Below, piece by piece: positions 27,817-36,729 of a stretch of 64,000 nt of DNA. The DNA is from an uncultured Candidatus Saccharibacteria bacterium. Lineage in GTDB: Bacteria > Patescibacteriota > Minisyncoccia > Phycocordibacterales > PALSA-1337. Location: positions 373,568-437,567 of the forward strand of contig CAZBVQ010000001.1 of the NCBI GenBank assembly GCA_964495685.1. The letters run 5' to 3'. Within the stretch, counting starts at the first letter, position 1. The number at the start of each line of letters is the position of its first letter. The position numbers and the translations under genes were made by a program. The notes beneath the pieces are model-generated. The model did no database searches. It saw only the letters and a program-made list of their open reading frames with translations, and had not been told where the DNA came from.

Positions 27817-28395
27817 ATGCACATCAACAAATATGGTTTCAAGAAACCAACGTATCCATTGCGTATTCGATCGGTCGATAAGTCTCATTACAAACGTATT
27901 CCACGTCATCTGCTCAAGGCCTACAAGCCGCGCACCTATGCTCGTGGCGGATTCACACTCATCGAAGTTTTGGTTGTTATCGGCATCATCGCTATACTTG
28001 CGGCAGTTGTCTTGGTGGCAGTCAATCCATCACGTCAGTTCAAGTTGGCTCGGGATTCGCAACGCACCAGCAATGTCAATGCAATCTTGAACGCTATTCA
28101 CCAGAATATGTCTGAGCATAAGGGTTCATTCGTATGTAACGGTGTAGCCAAGACAGTCCCAGTCACATTCACGCGTATCAAGAGTTCATCGTCACCGGCT
28201 GATCCAGGCGATATTGCCAGCTGTCTTGTCCCTGACTATTTGTCGGCGCTACCGTTCGATCCTAGTATTACGGACGGACATTTCGCTAGCACGACTGATT
28301 ATGATACTGGGTATGAATATGCTCGGGATACCAATGGGCGCATCACTGCCAGTTCGACAGGTGAGCTCACGACCACTATCTCGGTGACGCGATAG
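27817..28395 (+). CDS. Type IV pilin-like protein (prepilin-type N-terminal cleavage/methylation domain)
   Basis: G|FTLIEVLVVIGIIAILAAVVLVAV class III signal. The leader before the Gly is unusually long (44 aa from the first ATG), so the start is uncertain. Confidence 0.55.
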   Translation: MHINKYGFKKPTYPLRIRSVDKSHYKRIPRHLLKAYKPRTYARGGFTLIEVLVVIGIIAILAAVVLVAVNPSRQFKLARDSQRTSNVNAILNAIHQNMSEHKGSFVCNGVAKTVPVTFTRIKSSSSPADPGDIASCLVPDYLSALPFDPSITDGHFASTTDYDTGYEYARDTNGRITASSTGELTTTISVTR

Positions 28396-28419
28396 TGTGT
28401 CCATGGTACGATAGGTGGG

Positions 28420-29349
28420 ATGCATAGCAATCGTCGTCTCATACTGATCATGTGTCTGTGTCTTGTGGTTGTCGGCATATCAGCGGCGGCTCAGTTTGAT
28501 TATTACCAGAATCGTCCTCAGGATGCGACAGTTGCTACGGATATACCAACAAGCACCAGCATAGATAATTCATTCTATGACACGAGTGCAAATGCAAGTA
28601 CAAGTACTACGACTCGGCCACCTATTCCTGGACTGACGGCGCGGGCATTCCTGATCGGTAATATCCAGACAGGTAAGATATACAAAGAATACAATAGTAC
28701 ACGGCCACTCCCGGTGGCGTCTATGTCCAAGCTTGTGACCGCATTCGTAGCTACAGACATCATGAAGGGTGATGAAGTCGTTACGGTCACCGAAGAGGCG
28801 ACCAAGGCGCCACCAGATGGGAGTAATTTGCTTGCGGGTGAGAAGTTCCACTTGAGCGAAATACTAGTTCCGCTACTCTTGAATTCATCGAATGTTGCCG
28901 CCGAATCTATTGCTTCGACCAAAGACCGCACGCGATTCCTGGAATTGATGAGTAGTTATTCGTGGGAAATAGGCATGCCCAAGACATATTTCGCGGATCC
29001 ATCGGGAGTCAATCCTCACAATGCCGCATCGGGCAGAGACCTATTTGAACTCGCCAAATACCTAGTCAATTATCGCCCCGACATTCTAGCGGTGACTCGT
29101 ATTCCAGAAGCTGATACCGCGACGACCAGTGAGCATGGAGGGCATCATTTCTCGAGCACACATCCGTTCGTGCGAGATCCACGATTCATCGGCGGCAAGA
29201 CGGGGCGTACACCTGATGCAGGTGAGACGATGATGACGATATTGAATATTAATGATCAGCCAATCGTGTTCATCGTACTTCATTCGGAGTATGGGTACCG
29301 TGAAGCTGATACGCGCATATTACTTCGTGAATATGAGACTATTCAGTAG
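28420..29349 (+). CDS. D-alanyl-D-alanine carboxypeptidase (serine-type, PBP5/6-like)
   Basis: SxxK (ASMSKLVT), SxN (NSSNVAAE), KTG (GGKTGRT) motifs. N-terminal membrane anchor. Confidence 0.75.
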   Translation: MHSNRRLILIMCLCLVVVGISAAAQFDYYQNRPQDATVATDIPTSTSIDNSFYDTSANASTSTTTRPPIPGLTARAFLIGNIQTGKIYKEYNSTRPLPVASMSKLVTAFVATDIMKGDEVVTVTEEATKAPPDGSNLLAGEKFHLSEILVPLLLNSSNVAAESIASTKDRTRFLELMSSYSWEIGMPKTYFADPSGVNPHNAASGRDLFELAKYLVNYRPDILAVTRIPEADTATTSEHGGHHFSSTHPFVRDPRFIGGKTGRTPDAGETMMTILNINDQPIVFIVLHSEYGYREADTRILLREYETIQ

Positions 29350-29367
29350 CTTCTCTGTGTGAGGGAA

Positions 29368-30123
29368 TTACTCAGTATCCAACCAGCCGCTGATGAGCTT
29401 TTTGGTGTCCTCGGGATTTTTGACTGAAATGCAGTCGACACCTGTTGCTTTGGCTGGATAGTCATTCCCGCCAGGAAATAACGTATCACCAACAAACACG
29501 ATGTCATCGGGGCTGAGGTGCAGAAACTCCTCGATTTTGCGGATACCATAGGCCTTGTTGACCCCCTTCTTGGTGATATCAATAGAAGTACTGCCTCCAA
29601 TACGTACATCAAATTCAGGGATCTTTGGCTGTAGGAATGACACAATGGCTGTACGCTTTTCACGTGTTGGGTCCCACGTAGCTTTTTCTTCGACGGGCGC
29701 CTGTTGTCCGAGCGCAGAAAAAGTTATTTGTGATCCTCGATCCTCAATAATGTGTCCATAGACACGAGCTGGTTCTATGTGTCCGGCCTGCTTGAGTGCC
29801 GCATTGAGCGCCATCATTACCTTTTCTTTTTCGCGAGGTGATAGGTGCTCGGCGTATTGTTCATTCCAGGTGCCTCGCCATGAATAAAGGCGCGTGCCAG
29901 ACGTTGGTAACAAAAATAAATTAGTAAAATTTTCGTCGCTCGGAAATGCACGTAAGACTTGAGTTTGAAACTGCGGATAGCCACCACCGGAAATGATCGC
30001 AACTTTTTTTCTTGTTATAAGCTTCTGCAAAAGTTGTTCCATCTCAGGATCGAGAGGGCACTTACTCTTGCCGAGCGTGCCGTCAAGATCGAACATAATG
30101 AGTTTTTTTGAATAGGCCACCAT
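29368..30123 (-). CDS. HAD-superfamily (subfamily IIB, Cof-like) sugar-phosphate phosphatase
   Basis: DxD motif (LIMFDLDGTL), central cap, C-terminal GDTLFPGGNDYPAKA (motif IV GD-x-x-ND). Confidence 0.7.
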   Translation of the reverse strand: MVAYSKKLIMFDLDGTLGKSKCPLDPEMEQLLQKLITRKKVAIISGGGYPQFQTQVLRAFPSDENFTNLFLLPTSGTRLYSWRGTWNEQYAEHLSPREKEKVMMALNAALKQAGHIEPARVYGHIIEDRGSQITFSALGQQAPVEEKATWDPTREKRTAIVSFLQPKIPEFDVRIGGSTSIDITKKGVNKAYGIRKIEEFLHLSPDDIVFVGDTLFPGGNDYPAKATGVDCISVKNPEDTKKLISGWLDTE

Positions 30124-30124
30124 G

Positions 30125-32041
30125 TTATATCTTGAGCATATCGAGGAGCATGGCTACTTTGAGGGTTGCCACTCCTACGACCAAGTCAGCACCTCCATAA
30201 TATATATAGACAGTTCCATTTCTGATCACCATACCACAAGGGAATACGACATTGGAGACAATACCGCTCAATTCGTATGGTGCCTCTGGTTCAAAGAAGG
30301 GTATTGCAGTACGGGCAAGCACAATAGTCGGATCGGTAAGATCGAGAAGTACAGCGCCTACGCGATATACAGAGCTCCATGAGACGCCATGGTAGAGCAT
30401 GAGCCAGCCGTGGGCAGTCCGTACGGGCGGAGTAGAAATGCCTACCTTCATGCCGTCCCACATACCTCGACGTGGTGACATTATCTCGATACAACGGGTG
30501 ACTTTTTCTTTTGAAAAATCCAAAGAATTGACGAAATCGGCGCAGATGCTTTCGTGGACACGATGGAGGACCATGTATTTGCCATCGATAGCTTCGGGGA
30601 CGATGGCGGCATCTTTGTTGTCTATGTTCATCGGCGTAATAATCTCAGGCTTGGTCCACGCACTCCATGTGCGCTTCAAGAAATCGTCGGTGCCGATAGA
30701 GGTGACCGCCACTCGCGGTAATCCACCGTCGTATGCTGTATAGGTCATGTATACACGAGTACCAATTAGCATGATACGAGGATCCTCGCAGCCACGTGAC
30801 TCGAAGCTGATGCGGGGGCTGTATATAGGTTTGTCTGAACGTTCGTCTATGGTAAATCCGTCACTCGTAGTGGCATACCCAATAGTTGATATGTTGTCGG
30901 CAGAAACGGCGCGATAGAGGATGTGTGTCTTGTTGCCCAGATCTATGGCGGCAGGATTGAGTGTACCTCGAGCTTCCCAGAGAACCCCTGGACGTGGAGC
31001 AATGATAGGATTGCCGGCAAATCGCTTCAAGGCAGTTTTGCCTGATGATGGTGCGAGCGACTCGAGGAGTGGCTCCATTGGAATAGTTGCTACTGAACAA
31101 TGGGAATCGGCTGCGCCATAATAAATCTCCAAATGCTCGCCTCGAATCAGTGCACCTGAAGGGAAGATGGTATGGGGAACTTGCCCCACGTGTTCGTAGA
31201 AGAAATCGGGGACCATGAAAGGACCTTTGGTGCTACCGATGACGTTGAGTGGATTTTTCTCATCGAGTAGGAGCAGCTCTATGCCGAATACATGATCAGG
31301 TTTGTCGTAACGTTGGATGTGAGAATACACGATCAGCCACCCTTTGTCTGTTTTGACCGGGACAGCACCAAGCTCAACATGGTCATCGCCGCGTCGGCGA
31401 ATGTTCAGTTTGTGCGCGTCGAGATTCTTGTACCATTCGTTCCAATAATCTGCGGACCAGATATCCTCGGGTGTATTGAATTCGATGTAACAAATATCGG
31501 AAGGTTTGCGGTCAGTGTTCACGGTGACCAGCGCAGCCAACTTGCCGTTTATTTTCTCAGGGAAAAGAGCCATAGCTTTGGCGTTGAACGGTGTCACCAA
31601 GTGCTTCTCGGTGATAGTTTTGAGATCAGTACTCAGGGCTACACAGACCTTGATATTATTGGCAGAAAAGGGGAAGCCGCCGAGGCCGGTATAGAAAATA
31701 TAGTAGGTTTTGCCGATCTTGGTGACACGCGGATCTTCACAGCCATAGCGATCGAAGTCTGCATCAGGTGAAATGAGTACGGAACGGTTCTCATAATCTA
31801 TGCCATCCTTGGAATCGGCTCGGGCAATCACGGACATACGGATATGGGGCTCCTTGAGAAGGTCTGGCTCGGACATGGCACGATATACCAGAGTCGTCCT
31901 GCGCCCCTGAATAATGGGGGATCCATTGAATGCAGCAGCCGCTTCCCATGGATGTTCGCGGAACGGGGAGAGGATAGGGTTATGTGGAGAACGGGTGACA
32001 GTGAACATGGTGTTGATTATATCATGCAGGAATCTGCTCAC
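30125..32041 (-). CDS. Tandem two-domain GH130-family glycoside phosphorylase (beta-mannoside phosphorylase-like)
   Basis: Two repeats of the GH130 signature (YGCEDPRVTKIGKTYYIFYTG; RGCEDPRIMLIGTRVYMTYTAYDG) within 638 aa. Confidence 0.7.
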   Translation of the reverse strand: MSRFLHDIINTMFTVTRSPHNPILSPFREHPWEAAAAFNGSPIIQGRRTTLVYRAMSEPDLLKEPHIRMSVIARADSKDGIDYENRSVLISPDADFDRYGCEDPRVTKIGKTYYIFYTGLGGFPFSANNIKVCVALSTDLKTITEKHLVTPFNAKAMALFPEKINGKLAALVTVNTDRKPSDICYIEFNTPEDIWSADYWNEWYKNLDAHKLNIRRRGDDHVELGAVPVKTDKGWLIVYSHIQRYDKPDHVFGIELLLLDEKNPLNVIGSTKGPFMVPDFFYEHVGQVPHTIFPSGALIRGEHLEIYYGAADSHCSVATIPMEPLLESLAPSSGKTALKRFAGNPIIAPRPGVLWEARGTLNPAAIDLGNKTHILYRAVSADNISTIGYATTSDGFTIDERSDKPIYSPRISFESRGCEDPRIMLIGTRVYMTYTAYDGGLPRVAVTSIGTDDFLKRTWSAWTKPEIITPMNIDNKDAAIVPEAIDGKYMVLHRVHESICADFVNSLDFSKEKVTRCIEIMSPRRGMWDGMKVGISTPPVRTAHGWLMLYHGVSWSSVYRVGAVLLDLTDPTIVLARTAIPFFEPEAPYELSGIVSNVVFPCGMVIRNGTVYIYYGGADLVVGVATLKVAMLLDMLKI

Positions 32042-33170
32042 GTATGTTGCCGTAGGTGGTCATCCACGTGAGAAGGTCGTTGAGTGGCGTTTCGGCAATG
32101 CAGGTATGTCTGTCGCCTCCGCCATAGTAGATGACGAGTCGTCCGTCGCGTATCAGGGCGCCTGAGGCATAGACTATGCCTGGTTTGCCATCATTCTCGT
32201 AACACATATCAGGAGAGAGGATCGGTTCTGGTGAACGATACAGAATCACGCTCGGGTCATTCGTGTCGAGAATCATAGCGCCGAGTTTGTATTTGCTCCA
32301 GTCCTTCTTGTCTATGGCGTGATAGAGCAGAAGCCAACCGATAGGTGTCTTGATCGGTGGAGGTCCAGCTCCACGTAGGGTGTTGTCCCAGAATTGATCA
32401 CGCCCGGGCTGAGGCCCTTGTGGACGTTCGCTTTGTATGTGACCGTCAAAGTGCTCAATATCATCAACATAATCGATCAAGATACGCGGAGCGATGCCGT
32501 GTAAGATAGCATATTTACCTTTTATTTTTTCTGGGAAAAGAACCCAGTTTTTGTGGACCTGACCAGGTGGTGAAATGAGGCGAGGTTTTTTCCAATTCCA
32601 GCGCTCCTTCTTCAAATCCTTGAGTGCAATCGAGGTAAGGGCGATGCGCACGGAACTCCAACCCTGGAAAGCGGTATAGGTCATATAAACACGGTCACCA
32701 ATTTTCACGGCACGTGGATCCTCATGCCCACCCCATCCACCGCCAGATGTGTAGATGGCAGGATTGTATGTCTTGAGTCGGTCTGATGCGGATAGGACTT
32801 TCTCTTCCGTGTGCGGTCGATATACAGGGAATGATGAACGTCGGTCAAAATTCTTGCCATCTTTGCTTGATGCGTGACCAATAGTAGAAAGTCCATCACT
32901 GCCGATGGCGCGATAGAGGAGATGGACGCGACCTTCGTCGTCTTGCACTGCTGCTGGATTGAAGGTACCGTTGGCTTCCCATTCCTGATGAGGACGAGGG
33001 GACATGACTGGATTTGCTCCATGTCTCTCTACACGGTGGCTCCTAGATTTCTTTTTGCCACTACGTTGTGTATGTTCCGAAATGAGATGCCATACAATAC
33101 CGATTGCAATGGCGAGTGCCAGAGCAAAAAGTCCTATGACGAGTGTTGAATAATCTGCTGTAACGTTCAT
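32022..33170 (-). CDS. Membrane-anchored GH130-family glycoside phosphorylase
   Basis: N-terminal TM helix, then the GH130 signature GHEDPRAVKIGDRVYMTYTAFQG. Overlaps the downstream GH130 gene, consistent with an operon. Confidence 0.7.
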   Translation of the reverse strand: MNVTADYSTLVIGLFALALAIAIGIVWHLISEHTQRSGKKKSRSHRVERHGANPVMSPRPHQEWEANGTFNPAAVQDDEGRVHLLYRAIGSDGLSTIGHASSKDGKNFDRRSSFPVYRPHTEEKVLSASDRLKTYNPAIYTSGGGWGGHEDPRAVKIGDRVYMTYTAFQGWSSVRIALTSIALKDLKKERWNWKKPRLISPPGQVHKNWVLFPEKIKGKYAILHGIAPRILIDYVDDIEHFDGHIQSERPQGPQPGRDQFWDNTLRGAGPPPIKTPIGWLLLYHAIDKKDWSKYKLGAMILDTNDPSVILYRSPEPILSPDMCYENDGKPGIVYASGALIRDGRLVIYYGGGDRHTCIAETPLNDLLTWMTTYGNIREQIPA

Positions 33171-33200
33171 CGAAATGCCTCACACATGTGGGGCTATATA

Positions 33201-33554
33201 TTATGCGATTCTGCCGTACTTATCTTCAAGTCGTGTTATATCTTTTTCATCAAACTCTCCGAATGATATTTCAAGCACGACCACGCTTGAAACGCCGGCT
33301 TGTATCCGGTGTACGGTATTATGTGGAATAAAATGATTTTGGCCTGCTTGTATAGGGAATGAGTCTGTTCCGATCGTAATAGTTCCTTCGCCAGATATCA
33401 CACGCCAAAATTCGTCACGTTTGTTGTGGGTTTGAAGACTAAATGCCTCACCAGACTTCACGGTTATAATCTTGACGGTCGAGAGAGTGTTCTTGGTAAA
33501 CTCAACAAACTCCCCCCAAGGTCGCTCTTCACGATATGGTTTAGGGGCTTGCAT
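33201..33554 (-). CDS. Cupin-2 domain protein (mannose-6-phosphate isomerase type II C-terminal-like)
   Basis: Cupin motifs G-x5-H-x-H-x3-E (SLQTHNKRDEFW) and G-x5-P-x-G-x2-H (HFIPHNTVHR). First gene of the GH130/HAD minus-strand cluster. Confidence 0.55.
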   Translation of the reverse strand: MQAPKPYREERPWGEFVEFTKNTLSTVKIITVKSGEAFSLQTHNKRDEFWRVISGEGTITIGTDSFPIQAGQNHFIPHNTVHRIQAGVSSVVVLEISFGEFDEKDITRLEDKYGRIA

Positions 33555-33664
33555 ATATTGTATATGGACATTGTACTATATTTGAACCTGTCATATTTGA
33601 GTCACATCTGTGCATAACTTTGAATGTACGCTCCGTAACCATTCCAGTGTACAATAAGGGCACT

Positions 33665-33787
33665 ATGGATACAGTAATTATAGTAATCATTGTTCTTGCA
33701 CTTCTTTTCTACTCGACTCGTCCCAAGCCCAAGAAGAAGGATGATAAGAAGGAAGGTGGGGAAGATAGGGGTGGGGCCAGGAAATAA
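33665..33787 (+). CDS. Possible 40-aa membrane peptide with a lysine-rich tail (not in the ORF track)
   Basis: ATG at 33665. MDTVIIVIIVLALLFYSTRPKPKKKDDKKEGGEDRGGARK: one TM helix plus a charged tail. Located in the cupin/DUF1761 divergent spacer. Confidence 0.2.
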   Translation: MDTVIIVIIVLALLFYSTRPKPKKKDDKKEGGEDRGGARK

Positions 33788-33872
33788 CTTAGTAATAGGA
33801 GGATTCGCTTCTTATAAGCGACATCGACATGTTATACTCGGTGTACTTAGCCATAACTAATCATTTTAGATC

Positions 33873-34289
33873 ATGTTTTCAATAAGCATTCTCGGTGTCA
33901 TTGTCGCGGCAATCGCTTGTTTCGTTCTCGGTTTCCTTATTCATGGCCCCCTGTTCGGCAGATTGTGGATGAGACTTGCCGATATCCATCCGACAGGCAA
34001 CGAAAAATTCTCAGATATGTACGGTCAGATGTTCTGGAATTTCGTCAGTAACCTGATAAGTGCCTTGGTCCTCGCCGTCCTCGTCAATATTATCGCTGCA
34101 TCTACCGTGTTCTCGAGCAGTCTGACATGTGCAAGTCTCACGGGTGCGGTCATCTTGTGGTTGGTCATCACTTCAGGCTCATCTATGGAAGTCATTTGGA
34201 TGAAGAGGAAGATATCGCACTGGCTTTTCGAGGTGATTTCTTCGTTGGCCTGTTTCGTGGTCATGGGAATTATCATAGCGGCTATCTAA
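33873..34289 (+). CDS. DUF1761-like small membrane protein
   Basis: Four hydrophobic segments in 138 aa. LGFLIHGPLFGRLW motif typical of DUF1761-type proteins. Confidence 0.4.
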   Translation: MFSISILGVIVAAIACFVLGFLIHGPLFGRLWMRLADIHPTGNEKFSDMYGQMFWNFVSNLISALVLAVLVNIIAASTVFSSSLTCASLTGAVILWLVITSGSSMEVIWMKRKISHWLFEVISSLACFVVMGIIIAAI

Positions 34290-34304
34290 TCACTATCCAC
34301 TGAT

Positions 34305-34760
34305 ATGATTACGCAAAAAATAACTCCATTCTTGTGGTATCAAAAAGATGCGCTTGCTATCGGTCGCTACTATCAATCAGTATTTGGTTCCCAGAATGTA
34401 GAAATCGTTGGTGAAGATCAATTCAGTGATACGCCTTCTGGTACGGTGGAGGTCATGACACTCAAGATATTCGGTACGGAGTTTCGTATCATGACGGCGG
34501 GGGAGTACGAACCATTCAACGGCGCCATTTCATTCGAGGTGACCTGTGCTGATCAGAATGAAATCGATACGTATTGGAATGTGCTGACCAAAGAAGGTCG
34601 TGAGATGCAGTGCGGCTGGTGTGCAGACAAATATGGTGTGCGCTGGCAGATTGTGCCTGAGAATATGGGGCAGTATATTTCTACCAAGGCTGGCATGGAG
34701 GCCATGCTCACGATGAAGAAGCTGGTGATCAAGGACTTGAAAAAGGCGGCGGGGGTGTAG
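34305..34760 (+). CDS. VOC-family protein (PhnB / 3-demethylubiquinone-9 3-methyltransferase-like glyoxalase fold)
   Basis: ITPFLWY N-terminus, FGTEF ... and CGWCADKYGVRWQIVP C-terminal signature of PhnB-like proteins. Confidence 0.6.
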   Translation: MITQKITPFLWYQKDALAIGRYYQSVFGSQNVEIVGEDQFSDTPSGTVEVMTLKIFGTEFRIMTAGEYEPFNGAISFEVTCADQNEIDTYWNVLTKEGREMQCGWCADKYGVRWQIVPENMGQYISTKAGMEAMLTMKKLVIKDLKKAAGV

Positions 34761-34765
34761 AGAAC

Positions 34766-35392
34766 TTATTTCAGCCAGTCTAGTTTGATAACTGAAGCAT
34801 TGGGGTAGGGAGGTAAATCATAAAAAAGCTCGGGATCCGTACCTTTTTTGATTGTTTCAATAATCCTTCCTACGCCAGCGTGTGCAACCATCAAAATGTT
34901 ACCTTCATAGGCATTCCATTGTTTCAAAAATGAATTAACTCTTTCATTGAAATATTTCGGGTCCTCTGCATTTTGGGCTCGGACTAACATCTTTGAAGAT
35001 ATTTCAAATGTTGGAGTGCCTGTGAGTGTTCCCATATCATACTCCGTAATTCGAGGGTCAATCGCTATTTCTTTGTCATACCCGATTATCTCAGCCACAA
35101 TTTTTGCGGTATCCAAAGCCCTGATGAGTGGAGAGCTAATAACCATAGTTATGACGAGACCCATCTCTTTAATTTTAAGTCCTTCAGCCTTGGCTTGCTC
35201 AATCCCTCTTTGAGTTAATGGGGAATTATCTTTTTGGCCAGCAAAAACGTGCTTTAGATTGGATTCACTTTCTCCGTGTCGTATAAAATAAATCATGGGA
35301 TGAGTATAGCAAAAGTTCGATATGCGCGGTATGTGAGGTCGCTTCGCTCCTTGTCGTAGCAGCGACTTCGGTTCGAGACTTATCTCCCGCAC
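34766..35392 (-). CDS. Histidine phosphatase family protein (phosphoglycerate mutase-like)
   Basis: RHGESESN catalytic motif (IYFIRHGESESNLKH), C-terminal H of the histidine phosphatase fold (MVAHAGVGR). Confidence 0.7.
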   Translation of the reverse strand: MREISLEPKSLLRQGAKRPHIPRISNFCYTHPMIYFIRHGESESNLKHVFAGQKDNSPLTQRGIEQAKAEGLKIKEMGLVITMVISSPLIRALDTAKIVAEIIGYDKEIAIDPRITEYDMGTLTGTPTFEISSKMLVRAQNAEDPKYFNERVNSFLKQWNAYEGNILMVAHAGVGRIIETIKKGTDPELFYDLPPYPNASVIKLDWLK

Positions 35393-35422
35393 GAGAAATA
35401 AAAAGCGCCCAGAATTTGGGCG

Positions 35423-35455
35423 TTTTTTGTCTCGGCTCCGCGGCCAGGGATCGAA
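35423..35455 (-). repeat. Partial duplicate of the tRNA-Asn 3' end (acceptor 3' strand plus half T-arm plus flanking T-run)
   Basis: TTTTTGTCTCGGCTCCGCGGCCAGGGATCGAA at 35423-35455 against TTTTTGTCTTGGCTCCGCGGCCAGGGATCGAA at 35610-35642 (32/33 identical). Each copy is preceded by a different terminator hairpin. Confidence 0.6.
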
Positions 35456-35619
35456 GCTTACAGCTTCAGTACAGGCTTCGTGTCTCGCTTCGTCCTACAC
35501 TTCGTTTCGGACTCGCTGCGACATACTCAGCCTTTTCGATCCCTGGCTCGCAAAGCGTGCAGACGCTTTGCTCGCGTCGCCTCAACAAAAAATACTTCCC
35601 GAAAGAAGTATTTTTGTCT

Positions 35620-35984
35620 TGGCTCCGCGGCCAGGGATCGAACCTGGGACATCCTCGTTACGTTTGGTCTCCTATTACTAGGGGTACGGACTATATCATC
35701 TCCAATGAAACTCGTGTCAAAGCTTCATTACGGAGTAAGGCGCTTCCCAGAGCATATTGCTCCAGTACTCCCACAAGGGGATAGTCTCTGAACCTTTCCC
35801 TCACATGGATTCTTGCTATGTCATCGGTGTACATAACAAAGATTCATGTGAGGGACTTGGCTGCTGATTGCCCACATTTGCATGTTGGGGTTTCCGGCAA
35901 TTCACCTTATTTTTCAGCCTAAGTTTCCTTAGGAAGCTGCTATTCTCTAACAGCGAGGCGCTCTACCGGCTGAGCTACCGCGGA
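35620..35984 (-). tRNA. tRNA-Asn (anticodon GUU) interrupted by a 289-nt group I intron
   Basis: 5' exon at plus 35950-35984 gives TCCGCGG-TA-GCTC-AGCCGGTA-GAGC-G-CCTCG-CTGT. 3' exon at plus 35620-35660 gives TAA-CGAGG-ATGTC-CCAGG-TTCGATC-CCTGG-CCGCGGA-G-CCA. Spliced cloverleaf is canonical with anticodon loop CUGUUAA. Intron (plus 35661-35949) follows U35 and ends in G. P1 is GCTGT/GCAGC with U-G, P2 is CCTAAG-GAAA-CTTAGG. Core elements P AATTGCCGGAAA, Q AATCAGCAGC, R GTTCAGAGACTA and S GATATAGTCC are all present. Confidence 0.8.
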
Positions 35985-36089
35985 ATATGTTGTGTAAGAA
36001 CGTACGTAATTCCATGAAGAATTACGTCACAAAATGTATCATATCTCGCGCCGTAAATCAAAACCGAAGTGACAAATCTGTAGTATAGT

Positions 36090-36317
36090 ATGCTCATGCT
36101 TATAGGAATCCACATAACTCCAGACGCCAAAGAAGAAAGTATCGAGAAGGCGAGTGACACCAGGTATCTCATCTCTGTTCGCGAACCAGCCGAAGACAAT
36201 CGTGCCAACAAGCGTATGCTAGAAATTCTTGCAGAAATTTTCCCTGATAGCTACCCGCGCATCGTCAGTGGCCACCACGCGCCGAGCAAGATTATTTCCC
36301 TGGAAAAGAAAAGCTGA
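36090..36317 (+). CDS. DUF167 (YggU-like) family protein
   Basis: IHITPDAKEESIE ... LISVREPAEDNRANKRMLEILAEIF ... matches the YggU/DUF167 pattern (V-x-P-x-AK ... P-x-x-G-x-AN-x-x-L-x-x-LA). Confidence 0.55.
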   Translation: MLMLIGIHITPDAKEESIEKASDTRYLISVREPAEDNRANKRMLEILAEIFPDSYPRIVSGHHAPSKIISLEKKS

Positions 36318-36329
36318 TATACTATCTGC

Positions 36330-36710
36330 ATGAATATCAATATCAAAGCCACCAATTTCTCGCTCACTGACGCTATCAATGACTACGTCGGCAAACGTCT
36401 CGACAAGATCGCCAAGATGGTCCAGGATGACCCGTCCGCCAAGTGTGATATCGAGCTCGGTCGCACCACCGCCCACCACAACAAGGGTGACATCTTTCGC
36501 GCGGAGATACACATTGTCGGTGCCTCAGGGCTCAATACCTATGCCGCCATCGAACGTGAGGACCTCTATGCTGCTGTCGACGAAGTCCGTGACGCGATCG
36601 TCCGTGATCTGACCTCCACTCGCAAGAAGCAGACTTCGCGTATTCGTCGAGGTGGTGCACGTATCAAACAGATCATCAAAGGTCTTTGGCCGGGCAAGAA
36701 CAATTATTAA
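36330..36710 (+). CDS. hpf: Ribosome hibernation promoting factor (short HPF/RaiA, S30AE family)
   Basis: MNINIKATNFSLTDAINDYVGKRLDKI ... is the S30AE/sigma-54 modulation protein signature. 126 aa. Confidence 0.8.
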   Translation: MNINIKATNFSLTDAINDYVGKRLDKIAKMVQDDPSAKCDIELGRTTAHHNKGDIFRAEIHIVGASGLNTYAAIEREDLYAAVDEVRDAIVRDLTSTRKKQTSRIRRGGARIKQIIKGLWPGKNNY

Positions 36711-36729
36711 CGCATCAGTATATATTCGT

